Below, piece after piece: positions 26,401 through 45,800 of a stretch of DNA of 64,000 bases. The notes under the pieces were generated by a model. The model ran no database searches. It had not been told where the DNA came from and saw nothing but the letters and a program-made list of their open reading frames with translations. The position numbers and the translations under genes were made by a program. This DNA comes from Antedon mediterranea (lineage: Eukaryota; Animalia; Echinodermata). The stretch's first letter is position 1. Each line of letters opens with the position of its first letter. The stretch lies in NCBI RefSeq assembly GCF_964355755.1, contig NC_092675.1:24772912-24836911 (forward strand). Reading direction: 5' to 3'.

Positions 26401-29400
26401 CTGAATATTTTCTTAGAACTTTCGAACCAGCAAAAAAGGAGGACAGCTGGTATATACAGAAGAACATCTATTGCAAGGACTACAGAAGCAAATATAATCA
26501 GTAACTATCTCAAACATAAATATTACAGCATATTGTGATTTTGCTATGAATAGATATTTATGTAACATTCTTGGGAATTGGCTTTGTTTATACACTCGTT
26601 GCTTTCAAAATTGTGAATGTGTAACTTTTAATTTGTGTTTAATCTTTTACCTGAATACCTCATAAAAAGTTTGTGTTCATAACTTTCATAACCATGAGAG
26701 CTATCAAGCTCTACCCAGTCTGCATTTAGAAAGGATGACCTAACAAAAATAGAATGGTATCATATTTAAAAAATAATATAAAAAGCAAATATATTTAGAG
26801 ATCATTTTTTTACAAGTGGAACAAGAAGAAAAATCAACAATACTTTTTTTTTGGTCAAATTTTCCTCTAATACATTTCTACATGAGTTATAAATACCATT
26901 TTATAAATACAATATATTCAGAAATTGCTTTATACAGTAGGCAAGAAATAAACAGAAATGGTAATTTGGAAAAGGCCAAAAATAAACTTACACTTTTCCA
27001 CAAATCCAACTGTGGTATGCTGTTAATGGTGGATAGTCTAAACCCCAATACTCGAGATTATTACCTGTTCCATTCGTGTACCTAAAATATGAATATGTAT
27101 ACATGTACAGTATAGATGAGTATAGTGTCACAAACAACATGCATACATTGTACTCAGAATGTGCCTAGTTCTACTTAAAGGTCCTGGTCGGTTCATTGTG
27201 AAGAGGCCGGAGGAAAATCCATTGAGGCAAGCGCACATCCAGTGTTACGAAGATAGATTCAATGACTACATAGTAGGGCCGAAGCCAGGACAAAGCAGAT
27301 GAGGCGATTGCCACCGCACCCCAATTCCCCAGCTCAGATCGTCATATTATATATTAATATTTATATTTAAAGCATCTTTGCATAATAATTGTTAAGAATA
27401 AACGTTTTGTCAGAAATGGTTTGTTTTGGATAGGTGAGCCGGAATAGGGTTCGCTATAGTTAAAGGGGAGGCGGCCAGGGATTGCTGTAAAAGGGGGATT
27501 GACCTGAGACCTGGTTCTCAATAATCAGGCACTCAGCTTAATGCTTGTGTACAGTACATACCATTGACCAATTGGAAGGTTGGTAGTAACTTCCATCCAA
27601 TGTCTTTGGGCTTCATAATCTCCAAACATTGGTGGTTTTCCAGCACCTGTTACAAAATATATGGTTACTATTATTTTTTTTTTTTTAAATTAATAAAGGC
27701 TACTTGTTTAAAGATGGATGAATTGTATCGCTGAAAAAAAATTTCCTAAAATTTTAATTTTAACATTTTATTTTAATTAAGTCCCATAGTTATTCACTTT
27801 TTTTTCCTACAGAAGTGATTAACTTTATAAAAAACTATTAACACTAAAACTTTATTTACTAAAACCTTTAGTTTATAAAGTCTGATTCAGTTAATGTTTT
27901 TTTAATATAAAGTGGCAACCAGAATTAAAGGTTAAACTCAGTTAACATCAGCTGTTCTCTAAGGGCAAGTATCACCCATCGTATCCGGATATTCACCCCC
28001 TGGACATTTACCACCCGGAAAACTACCCCCCGGACAACCACCACCTGGACCACTACCCCCTTAGGACAACTACCCCTTTAGGACAACTACCCCTTTAGGA
28101 CAACTACCCCCCGGACAAATACCCCCCTGGACAAATACCCCCCCCTGGAACAACTACCCCCTAGGAACAACTACCCCCTAGGAACAACTACCCCCTAGGA
28201 ACAACTACCCCCTAGGAACAACTACCCCCTACGGACAATTACCCCCCCCCCCCGGACAATTACCCCCCCCCCCCCCGGACAATTACCCCCCGGACAATTA
28301 CCACCCGGACAATTACCACCCGGACAATTACCACCCGGACAATTACCACCCGGACAATTACCCCCCGGACAATTACCCCCCGGACAATTACCCCCCGGAC
28401 AATTACCCCCCGGACAATTACCCCCCGGACAATTACCCCCCCGGACAATTACCCCCCGGACAACTACCTCTGACACATTACTCCCCGTAGGACAACTACT
28501 TCCTGGACAATACTCCGAGGGCAAATAATCTTTTAGGACAACTACCTCCGTAGGACAACTAACCCCTGGACAACTACCCCCCGGACAATTACCCCCTAGG
28601 AACAATTACCCCCTAGGAACAATTACCCCCTAGGAACAATTACCCCCTGACAATTACCCCCCCCCCCCCCCCTGGTAATTACCCCGCGGACAACTACCTC
28701 TGCCACAATACTCCCCGTAGGAGAACTACCTCCTGGACCTGGACAATACTCCGAGGGAAAATAATCTTTTAGGACAACTACCACCCAGAAAACTATCCCT
28801 TTACAACAACTACCCCCGGACGGACAACTACCACCCGGACCATTCAACAACCTGACTCTGCAACAGTGTATAATAGGAATTAATAACTATATTTTAATTC
28901 GTTACTTTGACGAATTACTATTCATTATTGTAAACAAAAGTAAAAGATTGAACATAAATATAGCCTGGTTTAAACTGAAGATTGTCACACATGATCATAG
29001 GATAGTCGAACGTATTACTATTATATAGTACTCCCTGTATTTACTGTAAAGACTGGGTTCGCTAATAATAATAATAATTTTTGCGTCAGGACAATGCTTC
29101 GATAACCACTGGTCTTAAAAGAATTAATTTTTGTCTCAAATTTGTCATATATGTATTTTTGTACACTTGAAGAATAATATCACTTTTGATATTTGACCTC
29201 AATGTTCACTCACCGAATAAACGGCGATCTTTAAATAAAATTCCCCTCAAATAAACGGCAATCATGTCACTCCCATGAAACATCATATGGAATTAATAAT
29301 CGGTGTCTATTTCCATTAGATTATACCCCCTCCCATTGAATAAACAACTTTCTTCCAATAAATGTCCACCTAAAAAATAAACAGCCCAGGCCGTTTTGTC

Positions 29401-30473
29401 AATAAATACGGTACTTTAAATCTAGCACATCTAGGGTCTAGCGTGCTGTTAAACAGAATAATCGGTTAAAAACGGGTGTTTCGAAACTAGAGACCCGAGA
29501 CCAGAGACCCAATACGAAAAGGGAGACCTAAATATACGAAAAGGGAGAACCACGTACGAAAAGGGAGACCCCACTATACAAAAAGGGAGACCCCACTATA
29601 TACGCGAAAAGGGAGACCCTAATATACGAAAAGGGAGACCTAAATATACGAAAAGGGAGACCCAAATATACGAAAAGGGAGACCCAAATATACAAAATGG
29701 GAGACCCAAATATACGAAAAGGGAGACCCACTATAAGAAAAGGGAGACCCCACTATACGAAAAGAGAGACCACACTATACGAAAAGGGAGACCCTAATAT
29801 ACGAAAAGGGAGACCCAAATATAGGTCTCCCTTTTCGTATTGGATCTCATGTCAGGTCTCTGGTCTCGGGTCTCTAGTTTCAAAACACCCGTTAAAAACA
29901 GATGATTTCATTTTTACAGAAACCGGTCCTATATATTTGTCTACTTTTGGATTGGGGTGGGGGGGGGGGGGGTAGTTGACCGGGGGTTAGTTGACCTGGG
30001 GGTAGTTATCCTAAGGGGGTAGTTGTTCCGGGGGTAGTTGTCCCGGGGGTAGTTGTCCGGGGGGTTGTTATCCGGGGGGTAGTTGTCCTAAGGGGGTAGT
30101 TGTCCGGGTGGTAAACATCCGGGGGGTAACTGTCTAGGGGGTAGGTGTCCTAGAACCATCACCCATCCATCATATGAGGCATTTTGGCCTTGTTGGCGCA
30201 CCATGAATAGGGTACATTACCGATATAGGCATGATGCAGTATGCACTGTGGGAACCAGGCGCGGCGACTCGGAGCGCGTAAGCTAGGCCATGTCTAGTTC
30301 GCGTTTAGGTCCTAATTAAGCCAACAAGAGGCCTAGGCCCTAATGTCTAAAGACATCGTGAACATACCAGAGTATGGATTTAAACTAACTGACCAACGAA
30401 CTACAACTGCTACGAGGACGACGACACATATTTGCATCCACTGGTTACTCACAACACGGCTAATTTTCCCCAT
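17425..30473 (-). CDS. ALG6: Dolichyl-PP-Man9GlcNAc2 alpha-1,3-glucosyltransferase, about 12 exons
   Basis: ATG at 30473 (MGKISRVV...[11 protein letters not shown]), then [15 protein letters not shown] (about 27600), [14 protein letters not shown] (about 27030), [24 protein letters not shown]|[28 protein letters not shown]|[43 protein letters not shown]...QFTSVAD*. Confidence 0.95.
18600..23263 (+). mobile_element. Gypsy/Ty3 LTR retrotransposon (Mag-like, single gag-pol ORF), antisense in an ALG6 intron
   Basis: LTRs 18600-18795 and 23066-23263 (TG...CA, identical apart from a 2-nt indel), TSD ccat, PBS tggtggcaacggt (tRNA-Leu-like), PPT aaagaagaggga. Confidence 0.97.
19046..22962 (+). pseudogene. 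gag-pol polyprotein with one frameshift in the integrase core
   Basis: Two Cys/His knuckles, protease DTGA, RT ([17 protein letters not shown]), RNase H ([18 protein letters not shown]), integrase HHCC and D..D. The frame breaks after TDNGP at about 22320 and resumes as NSEQFKQF...[13 protein letters not shown]. Confidence 0.92.
23581..23876 (-). mobile_element. tRNA-derived SINE with Deu/Nin-like core
   Basis: Minus strand: A box ccgagcggttaag, B box ggttcgag, core tcggataaggactataaaccgtaggtcc...ttaaagaacc...gagtagggggttaccccggtg, tail (tataaa)n. Confidence 0.8.
24107..24434 (+). repeat. Two ~66-bp direct repeats (period about 262 bp) around a tRNA-like segment
   Basis: gtatt(t/c)tcaaatgtacttagtatgaagtacaaatta(c/t)gtcagagta...aaacatctgaccaatta occurs twice. 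Between them, 24276-24344 has an A-box-like tagtctagagg and B-box-like ggtttgagtccc. Confidence 0.7.
27980..30157. mobile_element. Foldback/Mutator-like (Rehavkus-style) non-autonomous transposon in ALG6 intron 1
   Basis: 9-bp TSD atcacccat (27971-27979 and 30158-30166). Left arm of ~15-bp ggacaa(c/t)tacccccc repeats, right arm of their reverse complement. Confidence 0.9.
29474..29890. mobile_element. Nested foldback MITE with 22-23 bp internal repeats
   Basis: 9-bp TSD gttaaaaac, TIR gggtgttt(c/t)gaaactagagacccgagaccagagacc, about 13 copies of atatacgaaaagggagaccc. Confidence 0.9.
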
Positions 30474-32075
30474 TTTTAATTAGGAAAAATGCCGGGTTCT
30501 CCCAGCAGCTCGATCCCTTTCTCACGTGTCAACTTTTTGTATGGAAGGCAAACAACGCACAAATAAGCAATAAGCCCAGAGAGCTTTATACAATTTTTTG
30601 ATTGAATAGGCAATTTTTATGTCACATAATGTTTTGATAACAAATTAAAAAAAAAACAATAATACCATATAAAAGAGTAATTTAAATTTTTTTAAATACA
30701 CAGGAAGGTAAGCAAAATCATTTTTTGTTGTGGAAAAAGTGAATACTGTACTTTATATTTCAGTAAATTAAAAATAGTGTTTTTTTAGATGCCTGTATGT
30801 ATTTTATAAAATTAATATCACACAGTCACATTTCACGTATACAATGTTTTATTTCATCAATCTTCTAACGAAGACTGCACTATACACATTTTGTGAGTGA
30901 AGTTTACTTCCCCTTGGTGGTGAAGGATGTGGTAATTTTTAGTCATTCCAGTGCATTTCAAATTATTTATTATTTTATTTTTTATGTTCCCGGGAATATC
31001 TCATTGATATTGTATCCGTTTCATATTTGTATGTTTATGAAGACACAGTTTCTTAGCGAGTGCCACTCATGTAAAGGTGTAGTTTCAATAAATAAATATA
31101 TTATTACACTTTGATGATAAAAAATGCATAGCCCAATTTTTTTTTTTTACCATTCGCACACAATACTTATTTACCTATATTACCTCTTAGAATTTTACAC
31201 AATAAATAAAATATTAAACTTGTAGGCGATTGACTTTCCAGCCATAGCAGAAATCAGAGGCCTAATAAAATTAACGCAGTTTCACTGGATCTAGCTAAAC
31301 AATTTTCCTACATTCATTGCGACACAGTTCTTATTCATCAGGAACTTTTATGATATAAAATTACCTGGCCTTTTAAAAATTACTTTTTTTTCATGCATAA
31401 TTATGTCCATAACACGGTAAATTTTTTCTTTTTTAACTTTAACAAGGAACTTTCTTCATGTAGCCTATCACTTAAATCCCTTCTTACTGGACACATAGTT
31501 GAGCCCATGTGGGTATGTCAAAAGGCAACCTGTATGTCAGTGTATGTATGCATGTGAACCTTCAAGACTATAGTTATCCATGCTTCAATCAAAATTTGTA
31601 TGTACATACAATGTACATATGTTCTACTACCTCTTTGTATAGATGAACACCATGAATTATTCACAATAACCAAATTGAGTTTTTAGTAGATATTCATCAC
31701 AGCTTAATACTTTTAAATAAATACACTGTCTTTTAAATAAATAATCAGTCTTATACAGTTCCTATCAAATATCAAAGTATTTATCAAAGTTATAAACATT
31801 ACAATATAAAATTCTAATTCTTCCTTTCCAACATTTCATTGACTAAAATGTATCTATTTTCGTATGGTATACTTTGCATTCGAGTCTACATTATTATTAT
31901 AAATTGTTGGTATGATTTTAACACTATTTCTCTTCCTGTAAATTGGATAATACAGTTCTTATTCATGTGTGTATAACGGTACATGTGGTGGAGGAACTCC
32001 TCTTACAGCACACATGATAGCTGTCATATTGACAAATACTATTTTCTTGTTGGTCATCATTATTCACTGTACCAA

Positions 32076-39385
<7,310 letters not shown>

Positions 39386-39689
39386 TTCTTCTTGAAACCC
39401 ATTCCAACTTCTGCAAAGAAATAGGCTTACTATAGAAAAAAAAACAGAAAAAAAGTTTCCAAAAGTGGGCCGAATCGTCTAAACTTAGGGCCGAATCGTC
39501 TCCGAATCCAATGTATGTCATTAATATGCATTAGGTTAGGCCTAGGCTATATCCTAGTAGACTAGTAGGGCCTAGGCCTAGCATAGTTTATAAGGAACTT
39601 AACTTAAACAAATCTGTTAATTTACAATATACTACAATGAACAAATTATGCCTATTTAATTCAACATTAGTTATATGCTTATCATCAGT

Positions 39690-39884
39690 ACCTATCTTCT
39701 TTACATCAATTAAAATAACTCATTGACCGCGACTTTAGACTCCTTCACAAGGAAAAGCTTTAGTGGTGGTGAGTGTGTGACGACGACGTGTGTGGCGGCC
39801 GCTTCTCGCAATTGGGCCGCAGAGATCAGACTCTTACCTGGCCCACAGCAGAGAGCGCGTGGTTTAACAAAACTAAATTAAAAA
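39690..39884. promoter_or_regulatory. Probable bidirectional promoter between PARG and USP39
   Basis: Head-to-head ATGs about 500 bp apart (39385 on -, 39884 on +), a CpG-rich patch at 39770-39860, and a likely PARG 5'UTR donor near 39691. Confidence 0.7.
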
Positions 39885-42800
39885 TGGCTTTATCTCCCAA
39901 AAAGCGAACAAATGATGATATTTCTGATGACGAAGAAGAAGGTGGTAATTATTTCATTGTCAATCGTTTATAATTTTATAATCTCTTATCACCGGCTATC
40001 ATAAATAAGGATATAAAAATAAATGTGTAGGCCCAAGATAGTTTTTTTTGTGTTATTTTGGTAACGTTGTACCGGACCTAAAAAGAATGAAAATTACTTG
40101 AAATCACGACTAGAAACTATTCGGTCGCGCCCTAACTTTTTAAATCAAACATGAGATTAACAGAAAAGGAGGAGGAAAGCCGGATTGTAATTGTAGGCCT
40201 ACTACCTACAGTACTAAAGGCCTAGGCCTAGGCCTATATTATTATTAATGAATTTTTGGATCAGTTTACACTTACAGTTTTTGGCCTCCTACTACTAGCC
40301 TAGACTAGGCCTAGACCTTTTTGGACTAGGCCTAGGCTATACCGTTATGATATGATAGAGGGGTGTGGTGTATATAATTATACAAAAGTAACAAATGAAT
40401 GAATGTTTATGAGTTGGATGGTGAGAATATTTCTATTCTCTATTTTTTATAACAAGACAGAGCAGTCAATTTTTCATCGAGTCAAATATCTCTATAGTAC
40501 TAACTAGGCTTATACCATCTGTATAAATCTTTTTTTCTATTTTTATAGATAAAGCAAAACATTTGAAACTTGAAATGAGTCGAAATTGTCCATATTTAGA
40601 CACAATAAACAGGTAATAGTATAAATTTATAATTACATGTTCAGTAATAACACTACAAAATACACAATCTGCCATACCATTTTTGTATTGCACAATGCTT
40701 CTAAGCGCTTCACATTATTACCCCAGTCATTATTTTTTACCAAAACAAACATGATGTATTCATTTCGGTAAAATCTGTATTACATAAAAATGCATGCATA
40801 TCTGAGTGTGAACAGAATGATTCTTTGACACTTGACAGTATAGTCGTCTGTGCGACCTGGAAGCAGAATTTTAGGAAAAATTTGAGTTTTGCATAGTTTG
40901 TACCTGTAGGTATGCATGCATTTCCGTAATATTTATCTACAGTACTTTTACAATACAGATTTTACCATATTAATAACTTTTGTACACAATTTATCACACA
41001 TTGTAACAGTTCACAATTCACTTTCATTCATCCTCTTTAAAATGCGTCTAGAATCAGTTATCAACTTAAGATGTGACGATCATTGTTGCTGCATTTATTC
41101 TCAAATTATTTGAGGGTTATAAAAGAGTTGTAGTTATATTTTAATTGGTTCCATATCAGGTGTTATTAATGCACTTGTCAATTGTATGACCCACTATACG
41201 ACCCCCGGGAGAGGTGTGTCATTTGTCCGATGTGCGTCATACCTTTGAATACCATGACGCACCCGTGCGTCAAAAATGTGACTTACTTTTAGGTGACCAT
41301 GACGCACCCATTTTGACGCACTGTGACCATGTTGTTTATGATATGGTGGGTGGTAAAGTGACGGACATTGACGCACCTTGTTCATTGATGTGACGTACCA
41401 TCTAGGTTTTTTGACGCACCCCTGCGTCAGTAATTATTTGTAAATGACTCACCCATGACGCACTTCTCCCGGGGGTCGTATAGTGGGTCATACAATTGAC
41501 AAGTGCATAAATGCAAATTTGCACAGTTGACACACAGTTCAAGTTACTGTAGGTAATTATAAATCTTAATATTTGAATTATTATTTCTAACAGGCATCTA
41601 CTGGACTTTGACTTTGAGAAACTCTGCTCTGTGTCTTTGTCCCATTTAAATGTTTATGCCTGTCTTGTTTGTGGAAAGTACTTTCAAGGTAAGTTGTCTC
41701 AATGCTGAACAAAATACTATCCAATTTTCATTTAGGCCTACCATAGAGATATTATACTATAATATTTCTATGGGCCTACATAGTAATACTTGGACTTCTG
41801 GCTTACGAGCTATAGAGCTTTACTGCCTCTTTAGAAGCCCCAGACGTTTTTGTCAAATAAGTGAATGAAACTACTGTTGTAGATGATACAGTATTACCAA
41901 ATGTTTCTAAAGAGATAACTGCTAAATGCATCGAAACACACATGTTACAAAGTGCATGCCTTCAAAGTTAGTACTGTATGATTGGAGTTACCGATTATGT
42001 ACAGTACGATATTACATTATTGAATATATTATTATAATGATTAATAATCACGAAATAATGTAGTGTACAGGGAAAAATTTCATCTTAAAATTTCGTTTAG
42101 CAATATTGCTAATAAAACTGATGTTTGAGTCGAGAAACATAGTTTTCTATAGTATATTTTGCTACACAATTGTAGAATTGTGTAGCAAGAAGGTTGTTTT
42201 GTATAGCTTTTTGCTATGCTACACTGGCGAAATTATTCCCTGGTGTAAGTCTAGAGAGTGTTGCATTCAACTATTTACTCAACTCGGAATACAGTATGAA
42301 CAAAAAATGTACAATGCTTGTAAATAATAGAGTATAGGTAAATAATAATGTTTGTCTATAAGGGCTAAGAAATATAAACTTTCATTATATTTTACCTTAG
42401 AATCTCACATAGTATTACTATTATTTGTTTGTTTATATTTCAGGTCGTGGACAGAAGTCACATGCATACACACATAGTGTGCAAGTAAACCATCATGTGT
42501 TTCTTAATCTTCACAATCTTAGATTTTACTGCCTTCCAGATAACTATGAGATCATTGATTCATCCTTAGATGATATCAAGGTTTGTTATGGATTGTAGTC
42601 ATGTAAAAATTACAGTAGATAGAACCCTTCCGTTGGGACAACCATATTCAGGGGACACTCGAAACTGTGCCACCACTAGTTAAGCCTGCTCAAACCATGC
42701 CCATGTTTGCGTTTGCTTCGGTCTATCCTACAACCGAATTGCATGGAACGGTATATAAAACAAATATTTACTGGGCTTTTATCAGAGCACAGTCAAAAAT

Positions 42801-45800
42801 ATAGCTCGAGACATACAGTACTACACTGTACCTCAAATTCTTCTCTGGATACAGTATAGTCTAAAGATCACCTTGGGCTTTATTTTTAACCATGCCCTTC
42901 AGCCCAGTATATATTTGTATAATATGTAACAATATACAGTAGCTGACACCTAAGATGATACTTTGTTGAGTTTCAAATTAATTATTTAAAAATAAACAAT
43001 TTTGACATATCAGTGATTGCAAATACAGTTGTTCAAAGGAATATGAATCATGTGTACTAATGTATACTGTAAATGAAGTTTATTTTATTATAAAAAAATT
43101 TACTCTGCTATTTGGACATCAGAAAATATAATAATGTAATTTACCTACTTATTTATCTACTTGTAGTATGTCTTGAGACCAACATTTACTGAAGATCTAC
43201 TTAAGGCTTTAGAAACAAGTTCCAAAATGTCAAGAGCCTATGATGGTACAACGTATCTACCAGGAATTGTGGGATTAAACAATATCAAAGCCAATGACTA
43301 TTGCAATGTGCTACTTCACGTAAGTTGCAATATTATTATGGCATTACAAAAATATTCTTTACTGTGGTAAGGCTCAAGACATTGAGAAATTAAGTTAAAT
43401 GTTATTATTGAGACAATTTTCTTTCACAAATTGTGGTCAACAATTTGAAAATACAGACTTTATCAAATATCATAAAACTTAGTCTACGCAATAAAACTTT
43501 ATGTGACAAAAAGTGTGATATGCCCAAATGTGGTGATGATATGCCCAAATATGGTAGTGATATGACATCATGATGTCCATATATGGGCACATCACAATTT
43601 TTGTGACAGAACTTTACAAAGTGTACTTCTCCATTGCTATAGGCTTTATGAAATGTAGCACCCTTACAACTGTACTTGTCCATTCCTATAGACTTTATCA
43701 AATGTGACACCCTTACAACTGTACTTCTCCATTCCTATAGGCTTTATCAAATGTGACACCCTTACAACTGTACTTGTCCATTCCTATAGGCTTTATCAAA
43801 TGTAACACCCTTACAATTGTACTTGTCCATTCCTATAGGCTTTATCAAATGTGACACCCTTACAACTGTACTTCTCCATTCCTATAGGCTTTATCAAATG
43901 TGACACCCTTACAACTGTACTTGTCCATTGCTATAGGCTTTATCAAATGTGACACCCTTACAACTGTACTTGTCCATTCCTATAGGCTTTATCAAATGTG
44001 ACACCCTTACAACTGTACTTGTCCATTCCTATAGGCTTTATCAAATGTGACACCCTTACAACTGTACTTCTCCATTCCTATAGGCTTTATCAAATGTGAC
44101 ACCCTTACAATTGTACTTGTCCATTCCTATAGGCTTTATCAAATGTAACACCCTTACAACTGTACTTGTCCATTCCTATAGGCTTTATCAAATGTGACAC
44201 CCTTACAACTGTACTTGTCCATTCCTATAGGCTTTATCAAATGTGACACCCTTACAACTGTACTTGTCCATTCCTATAGGCTTTATCAAATGTGACACCC
44301 TTACAACTGTACTTGTCCATTCCTATAGGCTTTATCAAATGTGACACCCTTACAACTGTACTTCTCCATTCCTGTAGGCTTTATCAAATGTGACACCCTT
44401 ACAACTGTACTTTCTTCAAGAGAAAAACTACATTCACATAAAGCGACCTCCAGGTGACATTTTGTGCCTTCTATCACAACGATTTGGTGAATTGATGCGA
44501 AAGATGTGGAACCCACGGAATTTCAAAGCTCATGTCAGCCCGCATGAGATGTTACAAGCTGTTGTTTTGTGCAGTAAGAAGAAATTTCAAATCACTCAAC
44601 AAGGTTTGTTATTTTGAACAAGTAAAAAGTACTATTACTGAATAATAATATTTTACATTTGTATAGTGCCATCCCAACGATCACTGTGAACTTTTCAATT
44701 ACATTCTTCATCACGTCAGGTCAGTGCTGCAAATTCTAGCGCTCTCGTCTGTCCATGACAGTGTCTGCATGAACTAGTAATCCTCTACTCGTCTCTAAAG
44801 ATGTACTAAGTTCTTAAAGTACACACACTGACTACCGGACCTGCAGTTTATAGTCATTACCCAAGAAGACCCAATCTACCACCAGAACCATGGAGCGAGT
44901 GAGCCTCAAATCCATTGCAATATGGATGTGATTTTTATCACTGGTGCTGCAATAACAACCTGAAACTAAACATAAAGAAAACAAAAGAAATGCAAATTGA
45001 TTTTAGGAAAATTAAAGAACCCTTAGAACCTCTGATTATAAATGAAAATGAGATTGAAGTAGTAAATGAGTACAAATATCTGGGTTGTATAATTGACAAT
45101 AAGCTAAATTGGATAAATAATGTAAATAAAGCCACATGCAAAGCAAACCAAAGGATGTTTATTTTAAGAAAAATGAAGTACCTACAAATTGACAAAACTA
45201 TACTTAAATTGTTTTATAACTCTGTAATTCTCAGTGTAATACTTTTTTGTAATGTTTGTTTTTATGGTAATACAATGCAAAAAGATAAAATTAAACTTAA
45301 TCGAATAGGAAATAGAGCAATTAGACTAGTAGGAGAGCACTTACCTGATGTTGAATCCTTGTATAAAGAAAATGTGTTAAAAAAAGTAAAAAGTATCATT
45401 GATGATGAAACACATCCTCTTCACAAACAATTTGCTCTCATGAATTCTGGCATAAGACTACGTGCACTTAATACCAAAACAAAACGGTTTAGGTGCTCGT
45501 TTGTACCTAATGCTATACACTTATATAACTCCAGAGTACAAAGGTAAAATGTAACCGATAATTTTTATCTAATTTTAACAATTTTTAGCCTCTTAACTTT
45601 TTGTGTGTGTTTTTGTAAATTGTATTTTATATTTTTGTATTTTGCCAGTTTTCAAATCACATTTCTGTTTTTTTAAATGGACAATAAAGTATATATGACT
45701 ATGACTATGACTATTAAGATTTCACAGTCTTGTCACTCGCTCAACATGTATCACTTCTATTAGGATATTGTACATATGATATACATTGTGCATCATCTTC

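Noticed and set aside
28222-28850. ORFs with GGNCP / GVIVR repeats resembling a Cys-Gly-rich protein
   Set aside because: They are translations of the 15-bp subterminal array of a TSD-bounded foldback transposon.
43622-44410. Regular array resembling CRISPR
   Set aside because: No unique spacers, eukaryotic context and no cas genes; it is a head-to-tail repeat.
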